64,000 nucleotides of DNA from Escherichia coli (GTDB taxonomy: Bacteria > Pseudomonadota > Gammaproteobacteria > Enterobacterales > Enterobacteriaceae), in NCBI RefSeq assembly GCF_016026235.1, contig NZ_CP065613.1; one strand, given 5' to 3'. The notes below the pieces were generated by a model. The model was not told where the DNA came from. It searched no databases and saw only the letters and a list, made by a program, of their open reading frames with translations. The position numbers were made by a program, and so were the translations under genes. This document shows positions 32,501 to 44,446 of this stretch, one piece after another; the first letter of the stretch is position 1, and each line of letters starts with the position of its first letter.

Positions 32501-34625
32501 CTGGGATGCAGACGCCGGTGAAAATGGTGCATTTAGCGCCGCTCACGGAAAAGATAAAACTGCCAGTGTAATCACTAACGTCGCTAACGGTGCAATCTCT
32601 GCTGCCAGCAGCGACGCGATTAACGGCTCACAACTCTATACCACCAATAAGTACATCGCTGATGCGCTGGGTGGTGACGCAGAAGTCAACGCTGACGGCA
32701 CCATCACCGCACCGACTTACACCATTGCGAACGCCGAGTACAACAACGTCGGTGACGCCCTGGATGCGCTTGATGATAACGCCCTGCTGTGGGATGAGAC
32801 TGCCAACGGCGGTGCTGGAGCCTACAATGCCAGCCATGACGGTAAAGCCAGCATCATCACTAATGTCGCTAATGGCAGTATTAGTGAGGACAGCACCGAT
32901 GCAGTGAATGGTTCTCAGTTGAATGCGACGAATTTGATGATTGAGCAGAACAGCCAAATCATCAATCAGCTTGCTGGTAACACCGACACAACCTATATCG
33001 AAGAAAATGGCGCTGGTATCAACTACGTTCGTACTAACGACAACGGTTTAGCCTTTAACGATGCAAGCGCCTCTGGTGTCGGCGCTACAGCTGTAGGTTA
33101 TAACGCTGTCGCGTCTGGTGCCAGCAGCGTAGCCATTGGTCAGAACAGCAGCAGCACCGTTGATACCGGTATTGCGCTGGGTAGCAGCTCCGTTTCCAGC
33201 CGTGTGATTGCCAAAGGTTCTCGTGATACCAGCGTGTCAGAAGAAGGTGTTGTGATTGGTTATGACACCACGGATGGCGAACTGCTCGGTGCATTGTCGA
33301 TTGGTGATGATGGCAAGTACCGTCAAATTATCAACGTAGCCGATGGTTCCGAAGCCCATGACGCCGTTACGGTTCGCCAGTTGCAGAACGCTATTGGAGC
33401 GGTCGCCACTACGCCAACCAAGTACTATCACGCCAACTCAACGGCAGAAGACTCACTGGCCGTTGGTGAAGACTCGCTGGCAATGGGTGCGAAAACTGTC
33501 GTTAATGGTAATGCAGGTATTGGTATCGGTTTGAACACTCTGGTTCTGGCTGATGCGATCAACGGTATTGCTATCGGCAGTAACGCACGCGCAAACCATG
33601 CAAACAGTATTGCAATGGGTAACGGTTCTCAGACCACCCGTGGTGCACAGACTGGCTACACCGCCTACAACATGGACGCACCGCAGAACTCTGTAGGTGA
33701 GTTTTCTGTCGGTAGTGAAGACGGTCAACGCCAGATCACCAACGTCGCAGCTGGTTCAGCGGATACCGATGCGGTTAACGTGGGTCAGTTGAAAGTCACT
33801 GATGAGCGCGTAGCGCAAAATACCCAGAGCATTACTAACCTGAACAATCAGGTCACTAATCTGGATACTCGCGTTACTAATATCGAAAACGGTATTGGCG
33901 ATATCGTGACCACCGGTAGCACCAAGTACTTCAAGACCAACACCGATGGCGTAGATGCCAACGCCCAGGGTAAAGATAGCGTTGCGATTGGTTCTGGTTC
34001 CATTGCTGCCGCTGACAACAGCGTCGCTCTGGGTACAGGCTCCGTGGCCAACGAAGAAAACACGATCTCTGTGGGTTCTTCTACCAACCAGCGCCGTATC
34101 ACCAACGTAGCTGCCGGTGTTAATGCCACCGATGCGGTTAACGTGTCGCAGCTGAAATCTTCTGAAGCAGGCGGCGTTCGCTACGACACCAAAGCGGATG
34201 GCTCTATCGACTACAGCAACATCACTCTCGGTGGTGGCAACGGAGGTACGACTCGCATCAGCAACGTTTCCGCAGGTGTGAACAACAACGACGCGGTGAA
34301 CTACGCGCAGTTGAAGCAAAGCGTGCAGGAAACAAAGCAATACACCGATCAGCGCATGGTTGAGATGGATAACAAACTGTCTAAAACTGAAAGCAAGTTG
34401 AGCGGTGGTATCGCTTCTGCAATGGCAATGACCGGTCTGCCGCAGGCTTACACTCCAGGTGCCAGCATGGCTTCTATTGGTGGCGGTACTTACAACGGTG
34501 AATCGGCAGTTGCTTTAGGTGTATCGATGGTGAGCGCCAATGGTCGTTGGGTCTACAAATTACAAGGTAGTACCAATAGCCAGGGTGAATACTCCGCCGC
34601 ACTCGGTGCCGGTATTCAGTGGTAA
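29529..34625 (+). CDS. ehaG: Trimeric autotransporter adhesin (YadA-like head, repetitive stalk, C-terminal YadA anchor); EhaG/UpaG-like
   Basis: 1698-aa ORF with the extended TAA signal peptide ([18 protein letters not shown]…), a head of repeated GxxAxAxG/SIALG motifs, neck motifs (NSVSVG…[10 protein letters not shown]…DAVNVSQL), DALLWD…FSAAHG stalk repeats and a C-terminal anchor ending …AALGAGIQW. The symbol is assigned by locus position between yibL and lldP; upaG is equally possible. Confidence 0.85.
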   Translation: MNKIFKVIWNPATGNYTVTSETAKSRGKKSGRSKLLISALVAGGMFSSFGALANAGNDNGQGVDYGSGSAGDGWVAIGKGAKANTFMNTSGSSTAVGYEAIAEGQYSSAIGSKTHAIGGASMAFGVSAISEGDRSIALGASSYSLGQYSMALGRYSKALGKLSIAMGDSSKAEGANAIALGNATKATEIMSIALGNTANASKAYSMALGASSVASEENAIALGRSSAANGTDSLALGRLSVASAANAITIGAESKAAENATAVGTKAEANGLNSIALGSGGIADADNTIALGNQSLAVAAGAIAIGQGNKADGANAIALGNGSVTGGANAIALGQGSYAGLENGIAIGGQASAQGTNSVALGAGSVATEDNSVSVGNTTDQRKIVNMAAGDISTSSTDAINGSQLYAISKSVADRLGGGATVNAQGVVTAPNYRLKNGIYGNVGDALADLNNNTIQWDSVKKGYSAAHGTDATSTITNVKAGTISATSTDAVNGSQLKATNDDVEANTANIATNTSNIATNTASIATNTTNITNLTNSVGDLKDDALLWNDAKNAFSAAHDQDTTSKITNVKDGDLTAGSTDAVNGSQLKTTNDAVATNTTNIATNTSNIATNTSNISTLTETVTNLGEDALKWDKDSGVFTAAHGTEATSKITNVKDADLTADSTDAVNGSQLKTTNDAVATNTTNIANNTSNIATNTTNISNLTETVTNLGEDALKWDKDNGVFTAAHGNNATSKITNVKDGDLTAGSTDAVNGSQLKTTNDAVATNTTNIATNTTNISTLTETVTNLGEDALKWDKDNGVFTAAHGNNTASKITNILDGTVTATSSDAINGSQLYDLSSNIASYFGGNASVNTDGVFTGPTYKIGETNYYNVGDALAAINSSFSTSLGDALLWDASVDKFSAKHGTNGDASVITDVANGDVSSTSSDAVNGSQLYTTNKYVVDALGGGAEVNADGSISAPTYTIANADYDNVGDALNAIDTTLDDALLWDADAGENGAFSAAHGKDKTASVITNVANGAISAASSDAINGSQLYTTNKYIADALGGDAEVNADGTITAPTYTIANAEYNNVGDALDALDDNALLWDETANGGAGAYNASHDGKASIITNVANGSISEDSTDAVNGSQLNATNLMIEQNSQIINQLAGNTDTTYIEENGAGINYVRTNDNGLAFNDASASGVGATAVGYNAVASGASSVAIGQNSSSTVDTGIALGSSSVSSRVIAKGSRDTSVSEEGVVIGYDTTDGELLGALSIGDDGKYRQIINVADGSEAHDAVTVRQLQNAIGAVATTPTKYYHANSTAEDSLAVGEDSLAMGAKTVVNGNAGIGIGLNTLVLADAINGIAIGSNARANHANSIAMGNGSQTTRGAQTGYTAYNMDAPQNSVGEFSVGSEDGQRQITNVAAGSADTDAVNVGQLKVTDERVAQNTQSITNLNNQVTNLDTRVTNIENGIGDIVTTGSTKYFKTNTDGVDANAQGKDSVAIGSGSIAAADNSVALGTGSVANEENTISVGSSTNQRRITNVAAGVNATDAVNVSQLKSSEAGGVRYDTKADGSIDYSNITLGGGNGGTTRISNVSAGVNNNDAVNYAQLKQSVQETKQYTDQRMVEMDNKLSKTESKLSGGIASAMAMTGLPQAYTPGASMASIGGGTYNGESAVALGVSMVSANGRWVYKLQGSTNSQGEYSAALGAGIQW
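30890..32040 (+). repeat. Tandem 240-252-bp coding repeats inside the adhesin stalk (about five near-identical copies)
   Basis: Unit …[17 protein letters not shown]…[42 protein letters not shown]… recurs with unit starts at about 30893, 31160, 31417, 31669 and 31909; degenerate copies continue to about 32800. Confidence 0.85.
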
Positions 34626-34654
34626 TGATCCATTAAGTTAGTGTGACTAAGGGC

Positions 34655-34760
34655 AAACGCCAAATTGCCTGATGCGCTACGCTTATCAGGCCTACAGGGT
34701 GATTCTGCACATTCCTATAGGCCGGGTAAGGTGTTCACGCCGCATCTGGCAAGATAAGGC
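34655..34760. repeat. REP/BIME palindromic units
   Basis: TTGCCTGATGCGCTACGCTTATCAGGCCTACAGG … TAGGCCGGGTAAGGTGTTCACGCCGCATCTGGC downstream of the adhesin gene. Confidence 0.8.
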
Positions 34761-34779
34761 GCTCCGGGTCAACAATCTA

Positions 34780-34812
34780 AGGGCAATTCTCTGATGAGGA
34801 TTGCCCTTTTCT
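34780..34812 (+). terminator. Rho-independent terminator downstream of the adhesin gene
   Basis: Hairpin AGGGCAAT-(loop)-ATTGCCCT followed by TTTTCTTT. Confidence 0.6.
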
Positions 34813-35051
34813 TTACCAGACATCTCCCCCCACAAGAATTGGCCCTACCAATTCTTCGCTTATCTGACCTCTGGTTCACAATTCCCCAATTAAAACTCAC
34901 ATCAATGTTGCCAATACATAACATTTAGTTAACCATTCATTGTCATTATCCCTACACAACACAATTGGCAGTGCCACTTTTACACAACGTGTGACAAGTA
35001 GATGAGCAACAGACTCATTACACGATGTGCGTGGACTCCAGGAGACCTGCA

Positions 35052-36707
35052 ATGAATCTCTGGCAACAAAACTACGATCCCGCCGGGAATATCTGGCTTT
35101 CCAGTCTGATAGCATCGCTTCCCATCCTGTTTTTCTTCTTTGCGCTGATTAAGCTCAAACTGAAAGGATACGTCGCCGCTTCATGGACAGTGGCAATCGC
35201 CCTTGCCGTGGCTTTGCTGTTCTATAAAATGCCGGTCGCTAACGCGCTGGCCTCGGTGGTTTATGGCTTCTTCTATGGTTTGTGGCCCATCGCGTGGATC
35301 ATTATTGCAGCGGTGTTCGTCTATAAGATCTCGGTGAAAACCGGGCAGTTTGACATCATTCGCTCGTCAATTCTTTCGATAACCCCTGACCAGCGTCTGC
35401 AAATGCTGATCGTCGGTTTCTGTTTCGGCGCTTTCCTTGAAGGAGCCGCAGGCTTTGGCGCACCGGTAGCAATTACCGCCGCATTGCTGGTCGGTCTGGG
35501 CTTTAAACCGTTATACGCCGCCGGGCTGTGCCTGATTGTTAACACCGCGCCAGTGGCATTTGGTGCGATGGGCATTCCAATTCTGGTTGCCGGACAGGTA
35601 ACAGGCATCGACAGCTTTGAGATTGGCCAGATGGTGGGGCGTCAGCTACCGTTTATGACCATTATCGTGCTGTTCTGGATCATGGCGATTATGGACGGCT
35701 GGCGCGGTATCAAAGAGACGTGGCCTGCGGTCGTGGTTGCGGGCGGCTCGTTTGCCATCGCTCAGTACCTTAGCTCTAACTTCATTGGGCCGGAGCTGCC
35801 GGACATTATCTCTTCGCTGGTATCACTGCTCTGCCTGACGCTGTTCCTCAAACGCTGGCAGCCAGTGCGCGTATTCCGTTTTGGTGATTTGGGGGCGTCA
35901 CAGGTTGATATGACGCTGGCCCACACCGGTTACACTGCGGGTCAGGTGTTACGTGCCTGGACACCGTTCCTGTTCCTGACCGCTACCGTAACACTGTGGA
36001 GTATCCCGCCGTTTAAAGCCCTGTTCGCTTCGGGCGGCGCGCTTTATGAATGGGTGATCAACATTCCGGTGCCGTATCTCGACAAACTGGTTGCTCGTAT
36101 GCCGCCGGTCGTCAGCGAAGCTACCGCTTACGCCGCCGTATTTAAGTTTGACTGGTTCTCTGCCACCGGTACCGCCATTCTGTTTGCTGCGCTGCTCTCG
36201 GTTGTCTGGCTGAAGATGAAACCGTCTGACGCTATCAGCACCTTCGGCAGCACGCTGAAAGAACTGGCTCTGCCCATCTACTCCATCGGTATGGTGCTGG
36301 CATTCGCCTTTATTTCGAACTATTCCGGACTGTCATCAACACTGGCGCTGGCACTGGCGCACACCGGTCATGCATTCACCTTCTTCTCGCCGTTCCTCGG
36401 CTGGCTGGGGGTATTCCTGACCGGGTCGGATACCTCATCTAACGCCCTGTTCGCCGCGCTGCAAGCCACCGCAGCACAACAAATTGGCGTCTCTGATCTG
36501 TTGCTGGTTGCCGCCAATACCACCGGTGGCGTCACCGGTAAGATGATCTCCCCGCAATCTATCGCTATCGCCTGTGCGGCGGTAGGCCTGGTGGGCAAAG
36601 AGTCTGATTTGTTCCGCTTTACTGTCAAACACAGCCTGATCTTCACCTGTATGGTGGGCGTGATCACCACGCTTCAGGCCTATGTCTTAACGTGGATGAT
36701 TCCTTAA
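35052..36707 (+). CDS. lldP: L-lactate permease
   Basis: Start trimmed to [18 protein letters not shown]… (551 aa), matching LldP; multi-pass membrane protein. Confidence 0.9.
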   Translation: MNLWQQNYDPAGNIWLSSLIASLPILFFFFALIKLKLKGYVAASWTVAIALAVALLFYKMPVANALASVVYGFFYGLWPIAWIIIAAVFVYKISVKTGQFDIIRSSILSITPDQRLQMLIVGFCFGAFLEGAAGFGAPVAITAALLVGLGFKPLYAAGLCLIVNTAPVAFGAMGIPILVAGQVTGIDSFEIGQMVGRQLPFMTIIVLFWIMAIMDGWRGIKETWPAVVVAGGSFAIAQYLSSNFIGPELPDIISSLVSLLCLTLFLKRWQPVRVFRFGDLGASQVDMTLAHTGYTAGQVLRAWTPFLFLTATVTLWSIPPFKALFASGGALYEWVINIPVPYLDKLVARMPPVVSEATAYAAVFKFDWFSATGTAILFAALLSVVWLKMKPSDAISTFGSTLKELALPIYSIGMVLAFAFISNYSGLSSTLALALAHTGHAFTFFSPFLGWLGVFLTGSDTSSNALFAALQATAAQQIGVSDLLLVAANTTGGVTGKMISPQSIAIACAAVGLVGKESDLFRFTVKHSLIFTCMVGVITTLQAYVLTWMIP

Positions 36708-37483
36708 TGATTGTTTTACCCAGACGCCTGTCAGACGAGGTTGCCGATCGTGTGCGGGCGCTGATTGATGAAAAAAACCTGGAAGCGGGCATGAAGTTGC
36801 CCGCTGAGCGCCAACTGGCGATGCAACTCGGCGTATCACGTAATTCACTGCGCGAGGCGCTGGCAAAACTGGTGAGCGAAGGCGTGCTGCTCAGTCGACG
36901 CGGCGGCGGGACGTTTATTCGCTGGCGTCATGACACATGGTCGGAGCAAAACATCGTCCAGCCGCTAAAAACGCTGATGGCCGATGATCCGGATTACAGT
37001 TTCGATATTCTGGAAGCCCGCTACGCCATTGAAGCCAGCACCGCATGGCATGCGGCAATGCGCGCCACACCTGGCGACAAAGAAAAGATTCAGCTTTGCT
37101 TTGAAGCAACGCTAAGTGAAGACCCGGATATCGCCTCACAAGCGGACGTTCGTTTTCATCTGGCGATTGCCGAAGCCTCACATAACATCGTGCTGCTGCA
37201 AACCATGCGCGGTTTCTTCGATGTCCTGCAATCCTCAGTGAAGCATAGCCGTCAGCGGATGTATCTGGTGCCACCGGTTTTTTCACAACTGACCGAACAA
37301 CATCAGGCTGTCATTGACGCCATTTTTGCTGGTGATGCCGACGGGGCGCGTAAAGCAATGATGGCGCACCTTAGTTTTGTTCACACCACCATGAAACGAT
37401 TCGATGAAGATCAGGCTCGCCACGCACGGATTACCCGCCTGCCCGGTGAGCATAATGAGCATTCGAGGGAGAAAAACGCATGA
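36707..37483 (+). CDS. lldR: GntR-family L-lactate operon regulator
   Basis: Start at the Met giving [20 protein letters not shown]… (258 aa), overlapping the lldP stop; GntR HTH plus FCD domain. Confidence 0.88.
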
Positions 37484-38670
37484 TTATTTCCGCAGCCAGC
37501 GATTATCGCGCCGCAGCGCAACGCATTCTGCCGCCGTTCCTGTTCCACTATATGGATGGTGGTGCATATTCTGAATACACGCTGCGCCGCAACGTGGAAG
37601 ATTTGTCAGAAGTGGCACTGCGCCAGCGTATTCTGAAAAACATGTCTGACTTAAGCTTGGAAACGACGCTGTTTAATGAGAAATTGTCGATGCCGGTAGC
37701 ACTGGCACCGGTGGGTTTGTGTGGCATGTATGCGCGTCGTGGCGAAGTTCAGGCAGCCAAAGCGGCGGACGCGCATGGCATTCCGTTTACTCTCTCGACG
37801 GTTTCCGTTTGCCCGATTGAAGAAGTCGCGCCAGCCATCAAGCGCCCAATGTGGTTCCAGCTTTATGTACTGCGCGATCGCGGCTTTATGCGTAACGCGC
37901 TGGAGCGAGCAAAAGCAGCGGGTTGTTCGACGCTGGTTTTCACCGTGGATATGCCGACACCGGGCGCACGCTACCGTGATGCGCATTCAGGTATGAGCGG
38001 CCCAAATGCGGCAATGCGCCGCTACTTGCAGGCGGTGACGCATCCGCAATGGGCGTGGGATGTGGGCCTGAACGGTCGTCCACATGATTTAGGTAATATC
38101 TCAGCTTATCTCGGCAAACCGACCGGACTGGAAGATTACATCGGCTGGCTGGGGAATAACTTCGATCCGTCCATCTCATGGAAAGACCTTGAGTGGATCC
38201 GCGATTTCTGGGATGGCCCGATGGTGATCAAAGGGATCCTCGATCCGGAAGATGCGCGCGATGCAGTACGTTTTGGTGCTGATGGAATTGTGGTTTCTAA
38301 CCACGGTGGCCGCCAGCTGGACGGTGTACTCTCTTCCGCTCGTGCGTTGCCCGCTATTGCAGATGCGGTGAAAGGTGATATCGCCATTCTGGCGGATAGC
38401 GGAATTCGTAACGGGCTTGATGTCGTGCGTATGATTGCGCTCGGTGCCGACACCGTACTGCTGGGTCGTGCTTTCCTGTATGCGCTGGCAACAGCGGGCC
38501 AGGCGGGTGTAGCTAACCTGCTAAATCTGATCGAGAAAGAGATGAAAGTGGCAATGACGCTGACTGGCGCGAAATCGATCAGTGAAATTACGCAAGATTC
38601 GCTGGTGCAGGGGCTGGGTAAAGAGTTGCCTACGGCACTGGCTCCGATGGCGAAAGGGAATGCGGCATAG
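37480..38670 (+). CDS. lldD: FMN-dependent L-lactate dehydrogenase
   Basis: 396-aa ORF of the alpha-hydroxy-acid oxidase family; overlaps the lldR stop. Confidence 0.92.
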
Positions 38671-38681
38671 TCGTTTGAGCC

Positions 38682-38775
38682 CCCTCACCCTAACCCTCTC
38701 CCTCAGGGAGCTGTCTCTTGATCAGATCTCCTGATCAAGAGACAGGGGGAGGGCCGGGGTGAGGGGAAAAGGCCG
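38682..38775. repeat. Compound GC-rich palindrome containing a 19/19 match to the IS50 (Tn5) inside-end sequence
   Basis: CCCCTCACCC…CTCAGGGAG-CTGTCTCTTGATCAGATCT-C-CTGATCAAGAGACAG-GGGGAGGGCCGGGGTGAGGGG: a 15-bp inverted repeat with a 5-bp spacer, nested in outer inverted repeats. Positions 38711-38729 equal the IS50 inside end as I recall it. Confidence 0.6.
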
Positions 38776-38824
38776 CACGGTTCACCAATTTTCTGCTATC
38801 CTGCCCCCGCACTAAGGGGGCAGT

Positions 38825-39298
38825 ATGCTAAACATCGTACTTTACGAACCAGAAATTCCGCCAAATACTGGCAACATCATCCGTCTTTGCGCTAATACCG
38901 GCTTTCGTCTGCATATCATCGAACCGATGGGATTTGCCTGGGACGATAAGCGCCTGCGCCGCGCGGGGCTGGACTATCACGAGTTTACCGCCGTTACGCG
39001 TCATCATGACTACAGCGCGTTCCTCGAAGCAGAAAATCCCCAGCGCCTGTTTGCCCTCACCACGAAAGGTACGCCTGCTCACAGCGCCGTAAGCTATCAG
39101 GATGGCGATTATCTGATGTTCGGCCCGGAAACACGCGGCCTGCCAGCGAGCATTCTTGATGCCCTGCCCGCTGAACAAAAAATTCGGATTCCGATGGTGC
39201 CAGACAGCCGCAGCATGAACCTGTCCAATGCGGTGTCGGTAGTGGTGTATGAAGCCTGGCGGCAGCTGGGATATCCGGGAGCGTTGTTGAGAGATTAG
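38825..39298 (+). CDS. trmL: tRNA (cytidine/uridine-2'-O)-methyltransferase, SpoU family
   Basis: 157-aa ORF of the SPOUT methyltransferase family; position matches trmL (yibK). Confidence 0.88.
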   Translation: MLNIVLYEPEIPPNTGNIIRLCANTGFRLHIIEPMGFAWDDKRLRRAGLDYHEFTAVTRHHDYSAFLEAENPQRLFALTTKGTPAHSAVSYQDGDYLMFGPETRGLPASILDALPAEQKIRIPMVPDSRSMNLSNAVSVVVYEAWRQLGYPGALLRD

Positions 39299-39350
39299 TG
39301 ACGCCATGCCGGATAGATGATTACATCGCATCCGGCACGATCACAGGACA

Positions 39351-40172
39351 TCAGATCCCATCCCCATACTCAAATGTATGGTTAATACCGTTGAAATGCT
39401 GGTCCATATCCATTGATGGCTTATCGCTGTCTGGTTTACCGACAATGCGTGCCGGAACACCGGCGGCGGTGGTATGCGGCGGCACCGGTTGCAGCACCAC
39501 GGAACCTGCGCCAATCTTCGCGCCGCGACCAACTTCAATATTGCCGAGAATCTTCGCGCCCGCGCCAATCATCACGCCTTCACGAATTTTCGGGTGACGG
39601 TCGCCGCTAGTTTTCCCAGTACCGCCAAGGGTGACGGATTGCAGAATCGACACGTCGTTTTCAATCACCGCCGTTTCACCCACAACGATACCCGTGGCGT
39701 GGTCAAGCATGATACCGCGACCAATTTTTGCTGCCGGGTGAATATCAACCTGGAACGTCACAGAAACCTGGTTTTGCAGAAAGATTGCCAGTGCGCGACG
39801 TCCCTGATTCCACAACCAGTGACCGATGCGATACGCCTGCAAGGCATGAAAACCCTTCAGGTATAACAACGGCGTTGAGTATTTATCCACCGCCGGGTCG
39901 CGGGTACGCACCGCCTGAATATCACAGGCCGCAGAGGCGATCATTTCCGGGTCAGCGGCGTAGGCTTCTTCCACCACTTCACGGATAGCAATAGCAGGCA
40001 TAATTGGCGATGACAGCTTGTTCGCCAGCATGTAGCTCAGTGCACTGCCAAGGTTTTCGTGCTTGAGTAGCGTCGCGTGGTAAAAACTGGCCAGCATTGG
40101 CTCACAGTCCGCCAGCGTTCTGGCTTCGGCTTTAATATTGTTCCAGACAATTTCCAGTTCTTCACACGACAT
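39351..40172 (-). CDS. cysE: Serine O-acetyltransferase
   Basis: 273-aa ORF starting MSCEELEIVWNNIKAEAR… with C-terminal hexapeptide repeats and …INHTFEYGDGI tail, matching CysE. Confidence 0.93.
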   Translation of the reverse strand: MSCEELEIVWNNIKAEARTLADCEPMLASFYHATLLKHENLGSALSYMLANKLSSPIMPAIAIREVVEEAYAADPEMIASAACDIQAVRTRDPAVDKYSTPLLYLKGFHALQAYRIGHWLWNQGRRALAIFLQNQVSVTFQVDIHPAAKIGRGIMLDHATGIVVGETAVIENDVSILQSVTLGGTGKTSGDRHPKIREGVMIGAGAKILGNIEVGRGAKIGAGSVVLQPVPPHTTAAGVPARIVGKPDSDKPSMDMDQHFNGINHTFEYGDGI

Positions 40173-40251
40173 TGCTTACTCCACACGATGAGATAATGAC
40201 CGGCCCGTTCTGCGCGGGCCGGGTCATAGCGGTAACAAAGGTTCCCTGGGG

Positions 40252-41271
40252 TTAGTGGCTGCTGCGCTCGTCCTTGCGTGCACGACCTAATAACGTCAAT
40301 GCTGCCTCGCGCGCGTTTTTTCCGCAATATAATACTTGATAAATTTCCTCGGTTATTGGCATTTCAACGCCGAAGCGATGCGCCAGTTCGCGGACTTCTT
40401 TCGTATTGCGGTAGCCTTCCACCACCTGACCAATCTTCTCCTGCGCGCTTTGTACATCCATGCCCTGACCGAGCATCATGCCAAAACGGCGGTTACGCGA
40501 CTGGTTGTCGGTACAGGTAAGCACCAGATCCCCCAGCCCCGCCATGCCCATAAAGGTGGCAGGATCGGCACCCAGCGCCGCGCCAAGACGCGACATTTCA
40601 GCCAGGCCACGGGTGATTAGCGCCGTACGCGCATTCGCGCCAAAACCGATACCGTCGGACATCCCCGCGCCAATGGCAATGACGTTTTTCACCGCGCCGC
40701 CAAGCTGCACGCCAATGAAATCCGGGTTACTGTAAACGCGGAAACTTTTACCGCAGTGCAGCAGCTGCTGGAGATCATCGGCAAAGGTCTGATCGGTCGA
40801 GGCCAGCGAAATAGCCGTCGGTAAACCTGCCGCCAGTTCTTTCGCAAACGTTGGGCCAGAGATAACCGCCAGCGGAATTTGATCGCCTAACGCCTCGCGG
40901 GCCACGTCCTGTAACAGACGCCCGGTTTCCGCTTCCAGCCCTTTGGTCGCCCACACCAGACGCGCATCAGGACGCATCAGCGGTTTAATCTGGCGCAGCA
41001 CTTCACCAAAGACATGGCTGGGTACGACGACGAGAATATTACGGCTGGCTGCCAGCGCAGTGGCGAGATCGCTTTCAAGATGGAGCGTATCGGGAAAAGG
41101 CACATCGGGGAGAAACGCGGCGTTACAGCGGTCGCGTTCAAGCGTTGCAATATGTTCAGGGTCATGGCCCCAGAGGACAACCTCGTGGCCATTTCTTGCC
41201 AGGGTAATGGCAAGAGCGGTGCCGTACGAGCCGGCACCGATCACAGTCATTGAAGCATTACGTTGGTTCAT
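40252..41271 (-). CDS. gpsA: NAD(P)H-dependent glycerol-3-phosphate dehydrogenase
   Basis: 339-aa ORF with an N-terminal [10 protein letters not shown] Rossmann motif. Confidence 0.93.
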   Translation of the reverse strand: MNQRNASMTVIGAGSYGTALAITLARNGHEVVLWGHDPEHIATLERDRCNAAFLPDVPFPDTLHLESDLATALAASRNILVVVPSHVFGEVLRQIKPLMRPDARLVWATKGLEAETGRLLQDVAREALGDQIPLAVISGPTFAKELAAGLPTAISLASTDQTFADDLQQLLHCGKSFRVYSNPDFIGVQLGGAVKNVIAIGAGMSDGIGFGANARTALITRGLAEMSRLGAALGADPATFMGMAGLGDLVLTCTDNQSRNRRFGMMLGQGMDVQSAQEKIGQVVEGYRNTKEVRELAHRFGVEMPITEEIYQVLYCGKNAREAALTLLGRARKDERSSH

Positions 41272-41738
41272 CAGGCATCCTGATGTTCTTCAGTACCTTC
41301 GCCAGCCTGCTGCTGCAAATAGTTCATGAACAGCGCATCGAAGTTAACCGGCGCAAGGTTCAGTTGCGGGAATGTACCGCGGGATACCATGCTGGTGATG
41401 CACTCACGAGCATACGGGAACAGAATGTTCGGGCAGTATGCGCCCAGGCAATGTGCCATCTGGGTGCCTTCGATACCCGCGATGGAGAAAATACCGCCCT
41501 GCTGAACTTCACACAGGAACGCGGTTTCTTCGCCCAAGGAGGCCGTTACGGTAACACGCAGTACCACTTCGTAAACGTCATCTGCCAGTTGAGTAGATGC
41601 CGTATCCAGATCAAGTTTAACTTCTGGCTGCCAATCTTTCTGGAAAACGTGCGGCGCGTTCGGCGCTTCGAAAGAAATATCCTTGGTATAAATACGTTGG
41701 ATCTGGAAAGTCATTTCGGTGTTGTTTTGTTCTGACAT
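41271..41738 (-). CDS. secB: Protein-export chaperone SecB
   Basis: 155-aa ORF starting [29 protein letters not shown]…, matching SecB. Confidence 0.93.
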
Positions 41739-41800
41739 GTGTAGAAAACCCTTAAGTGTTGTCCTTAAATACTGCGCAATGTAATGCCAACGTTCACACG

Positions 41801-42052
41801 TTATTTCAGCAGGGGATCCAGTCCACCACGTGCATCCAATGCATACAAGTCATCACAGCCGCCAATGTGCTGTGCGTCAATAAAAATCTGGGGAACCGTG
41901 GTGCGACCGCTGCGTTTGATCATCTCTTCACGCTTAGCGGCGTTGCCATCGATCGGCAACTCCTGAAAACTCACGCCCTTGCTGCTCAGCAGTGCTTTTG
42001 CACGATGGCAATACGGGCAGGTTTCTTTGGTATAGATTTCAACATTGGCCAT
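41801..42052 (-). CDS. grxC: Glutaredoxin 3
   Basis: 83-aa ORF with a CPYC active site ([19 protein letters not shown]). Confidence 0.92.
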
Positions 42053-42192
42053 AACTTAGCTCCTGTTTTTTACCCTGAAATTTCATGTTGCAGGGCGGCA
42101 GCAAAATGGAGTGTCCCCAGAAGCTTATAACAATAAGTCGCTGGGGGCCTAATTGCAGCTAACGGCCTGCATCATGAAAGACGACAGGTGAA

Positions 42193-42624
42193 TTATTTGC
42201 CGCGCACCAAAGGCAAGTTTTCGCCAGCCCAGCCAGCGACGCCCTCTTTCAGCACGAATACTTGCGCAAAACCAGCTTTCGTCAGCGCGTTTGCAGGCTC
42301 CTGGCATTGCATGCCAGAACCGTCTACCACGATAACCGGTTTGTCTTTGTGCTTCTCAAGCTCACCAACATTGTTGGCTTTGATTTCGCTCGGCAACAGA
42401 TTGATAGAACCTGCGATATGGCCTTTACGGAAGTCATCACGCTGACGTAAATCCACAACCACAGCGTCTTCTTTGTTGATCAGACGCGTAGCTTCACCAC
42501 GAGTAATCACCTTCACTTTCGAGGTCAGGCTCTTAAACGTAGTCACAAGAACCGCCACCAGTAACGCGATCCAAGCGATACTCAGTATGGGATGACGGCC
42601 AACAAATTGCATAATTTCTTGCAT
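42193..42624 (-). CDS. yibN: Rhodanese-domain membrane protein
   Basis: Start trimmed to [12 protein letters not shown]… (143 aa); N-terminal transmembrane helix plus rhodanese domain. Confidence 0.8.
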
Positions 42625-42868
42625 GGGGGGTAACAACTCCCGACGTAGTGATTAAAAAAACCAGGAAAGGAGTATACCTGCGCGGTGCGGCAAATACAGC
42701 CAGCGCGTTAACTGGAATGCAATTTTGCGGGGCGCGACGAAAAAAAAGCGCAAATCTGGCATCGGCTTGCCGCGAGCGGTCGTATATTTTGATCTTCAGA
42801 GGCTATTTTATCGATTCAGCTGTAGTAAAATTACGCAAATTTTGACTCTTGAGTATGAGGTTGTCGCA

Positions 42869-44413
42869 ATGTCGGTTTCTAAAAAACCTATGGTGCTGGT
42901 GATTCTGGATGGCTATGGCTATCGCGAAGAACAGCAGGATAACGCCATTTTTAGTGCTAAAACCCCAGTAATGGATGCACTGTGGGCCAATCGTCCGCAT
43001 ACCCTGATCGACGCTTCCGGTCTGGAAGTCGGTCTGCCTGACCGTCAGATGGGTAACTCCGAAGTAGGCCACGTTAACCTGGGTGCCGGCCGCATCGTGT
43101 ATCAGGACCTGACTCGTCTGGACGTTGAAATCAAAGACCGCGCTTTCTTTGCTAATCCGGTGCTGACTGGCGCGGTAGATAAAGCGAAAAACGCAGGTAA
43201 AGCAGTACACATTATGGGTCTGCTCTCCGCAGGCGGCGTACACAGCCACGAAGATCACATCATGGCGATGGTAGAACTGGCAGCTGAACGCGGCGCAGAA
43301 AAAATCTACCTGCACGCATTCCTTGACGGTCGCGACACACCGCCGCGCAGTGCTGAATCCTCGCTGAAAAAATTTGAAGAGAAATTTGCTGCGCTGGGTA
43401 AAGGCCGCGTAGCGTCCATCATTGGTCGTTACTACGCGATGGACCGCGATAACCGTTGGGATCGCGTTGAAAAAGCTTATGACCTGCTGACTCTGGCGCA
43501 GGGTGAGTTCCAGGCCGATACCGCCGTTGCTGGTTTGCAGGCTGCTTATGCTCGCGACGAAAACGACGAGTTCGTGAAAGCGACCGTTATTCGTGCAGAA
43601 GGTCAGCCAGATGCGGCAATGGAAGACGGCGATGCGCTGATTTTCATGAACTTCCGTGCTGACCGTGCGCGTGAAATCACTCGTGCTTTCGTGAACGCTG
43701 ATTTCGATGGCTTCGCGCGTAAGAAAGTGGTTAACGTGGATTTCGTGATGCTGACCGAATACGCCGCTGACATCAAAACTGCGGTTGCTTACCCACCCGC
43801 TTCCCTGGTTAACACCTTCGGCGAGTGGATGGCGAAAAACGACAAAACTCAGCTGCGAATTTCCGAAACCGAAAAATATGCCCACGTCACTTTCTTCTTT
43901 AACGGTGGTGTAGAAGAGTCGTTCAAAGGCGAAGACCGCATTCTGATCAACTCACCGAAAGTGGCAACTTACGATCTGCAACCGGAAATGAGCTCCGCAG
44001 AGCTGACCGAAAAACTGGTTGCGGCAATCAAGAGCGGCAAATACGACACCATCATCTGTAACTACCCGAACGGTGACATGGTAGGTCACACCGGGGTGAT
44101 GGAAGCAGCAGTTAAAGCCGTTGAAGCGCTGGATCACTGCGTGGATGAAGTTGCGAAAGCGGTTGAGTCTGTAGGTGGACAACTGCTGATCACCGCTGAC
44201 CACGGTAACGCTGAACAGATGCGCGATCCGGCAACGGGTCAGGCGCACACAGCACACACCAACCTGCCAGTTCCGCTGATTTACGTTGGTGATAAGAACG
44301 TGAAAGCGGTTGAAGGCGGCAAACTTTCTGACATCGCGCCGACCATGTTGTCGCTGATGGGTATGGAAATCCCGCAAGAGATGACTGGTAAGCCGCTGTT
44401 CATCGTGGAATAA
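42869..44413 (+). CDS. gpmI: 2,3-bisphosphoglycerate-independent phosphoglycerate mutase
   Basis: The ORF-track ORF 42725..44413 is extended; the start at ATG 42869 ([19 protein letters not shown]) gives 514 aa, matching GpmI. Confidence 0.92.
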   Translation: MSVSKKPMVLVILDGYGYREEQQDNAIFSAKTPVMDALWANRPHTLIDASGLEVGLPDRQMGNSEVGHVNLGAGRIVYQDLTRLDVEIKDRAFFANPVLTGAVDKAKNAGKAVHIMGLLSAGGVHSHEDHIMAMVELAAERGAEKIYLHAFLDGRDTPPRSAESSLKKFEEKFAALGKGRVASIIGRYYAMDRDNRWDRVEKAYDLLTLAQGEFQADTAVAGLQAAYARDENDEFVKATVIRAEGQPDAAMEDGDALIFMNFRADRAREITRAFVNADFDGFARKKVVNVDFVMLTEYAADIKTAVAYPPASLVNTFGEWMAKNDKTQLRISETEKYAHVTFFFNGGVEESFKGEDRILINSPKVATYDLQPEMSSAELTEKLVAAIKSGKYDTIICNYPNGDMVGHTGVMEAAVKAVEALDHCVDEVAKAVESVGGQLLITADHGNAEQMRDPATGQAHTAHTNLPVPLIYVGDKNVKAVEGGKLSDIAPTMLSLMGMEIPQEMTGKPLFIVE

Positions 44414-44446
44414 TCCCTCCCCATGAGGGGAAAGGCGATTAATACC

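Noticed and set aside
42725-42868. 5' extension of the gpmI ORF (ORF track 42725..44413)
   Set aside because: The extension covers the promoter region; the start at 42869 gives the expected 514-aa GpmI with the [20 protein letters not shown]-terminus.
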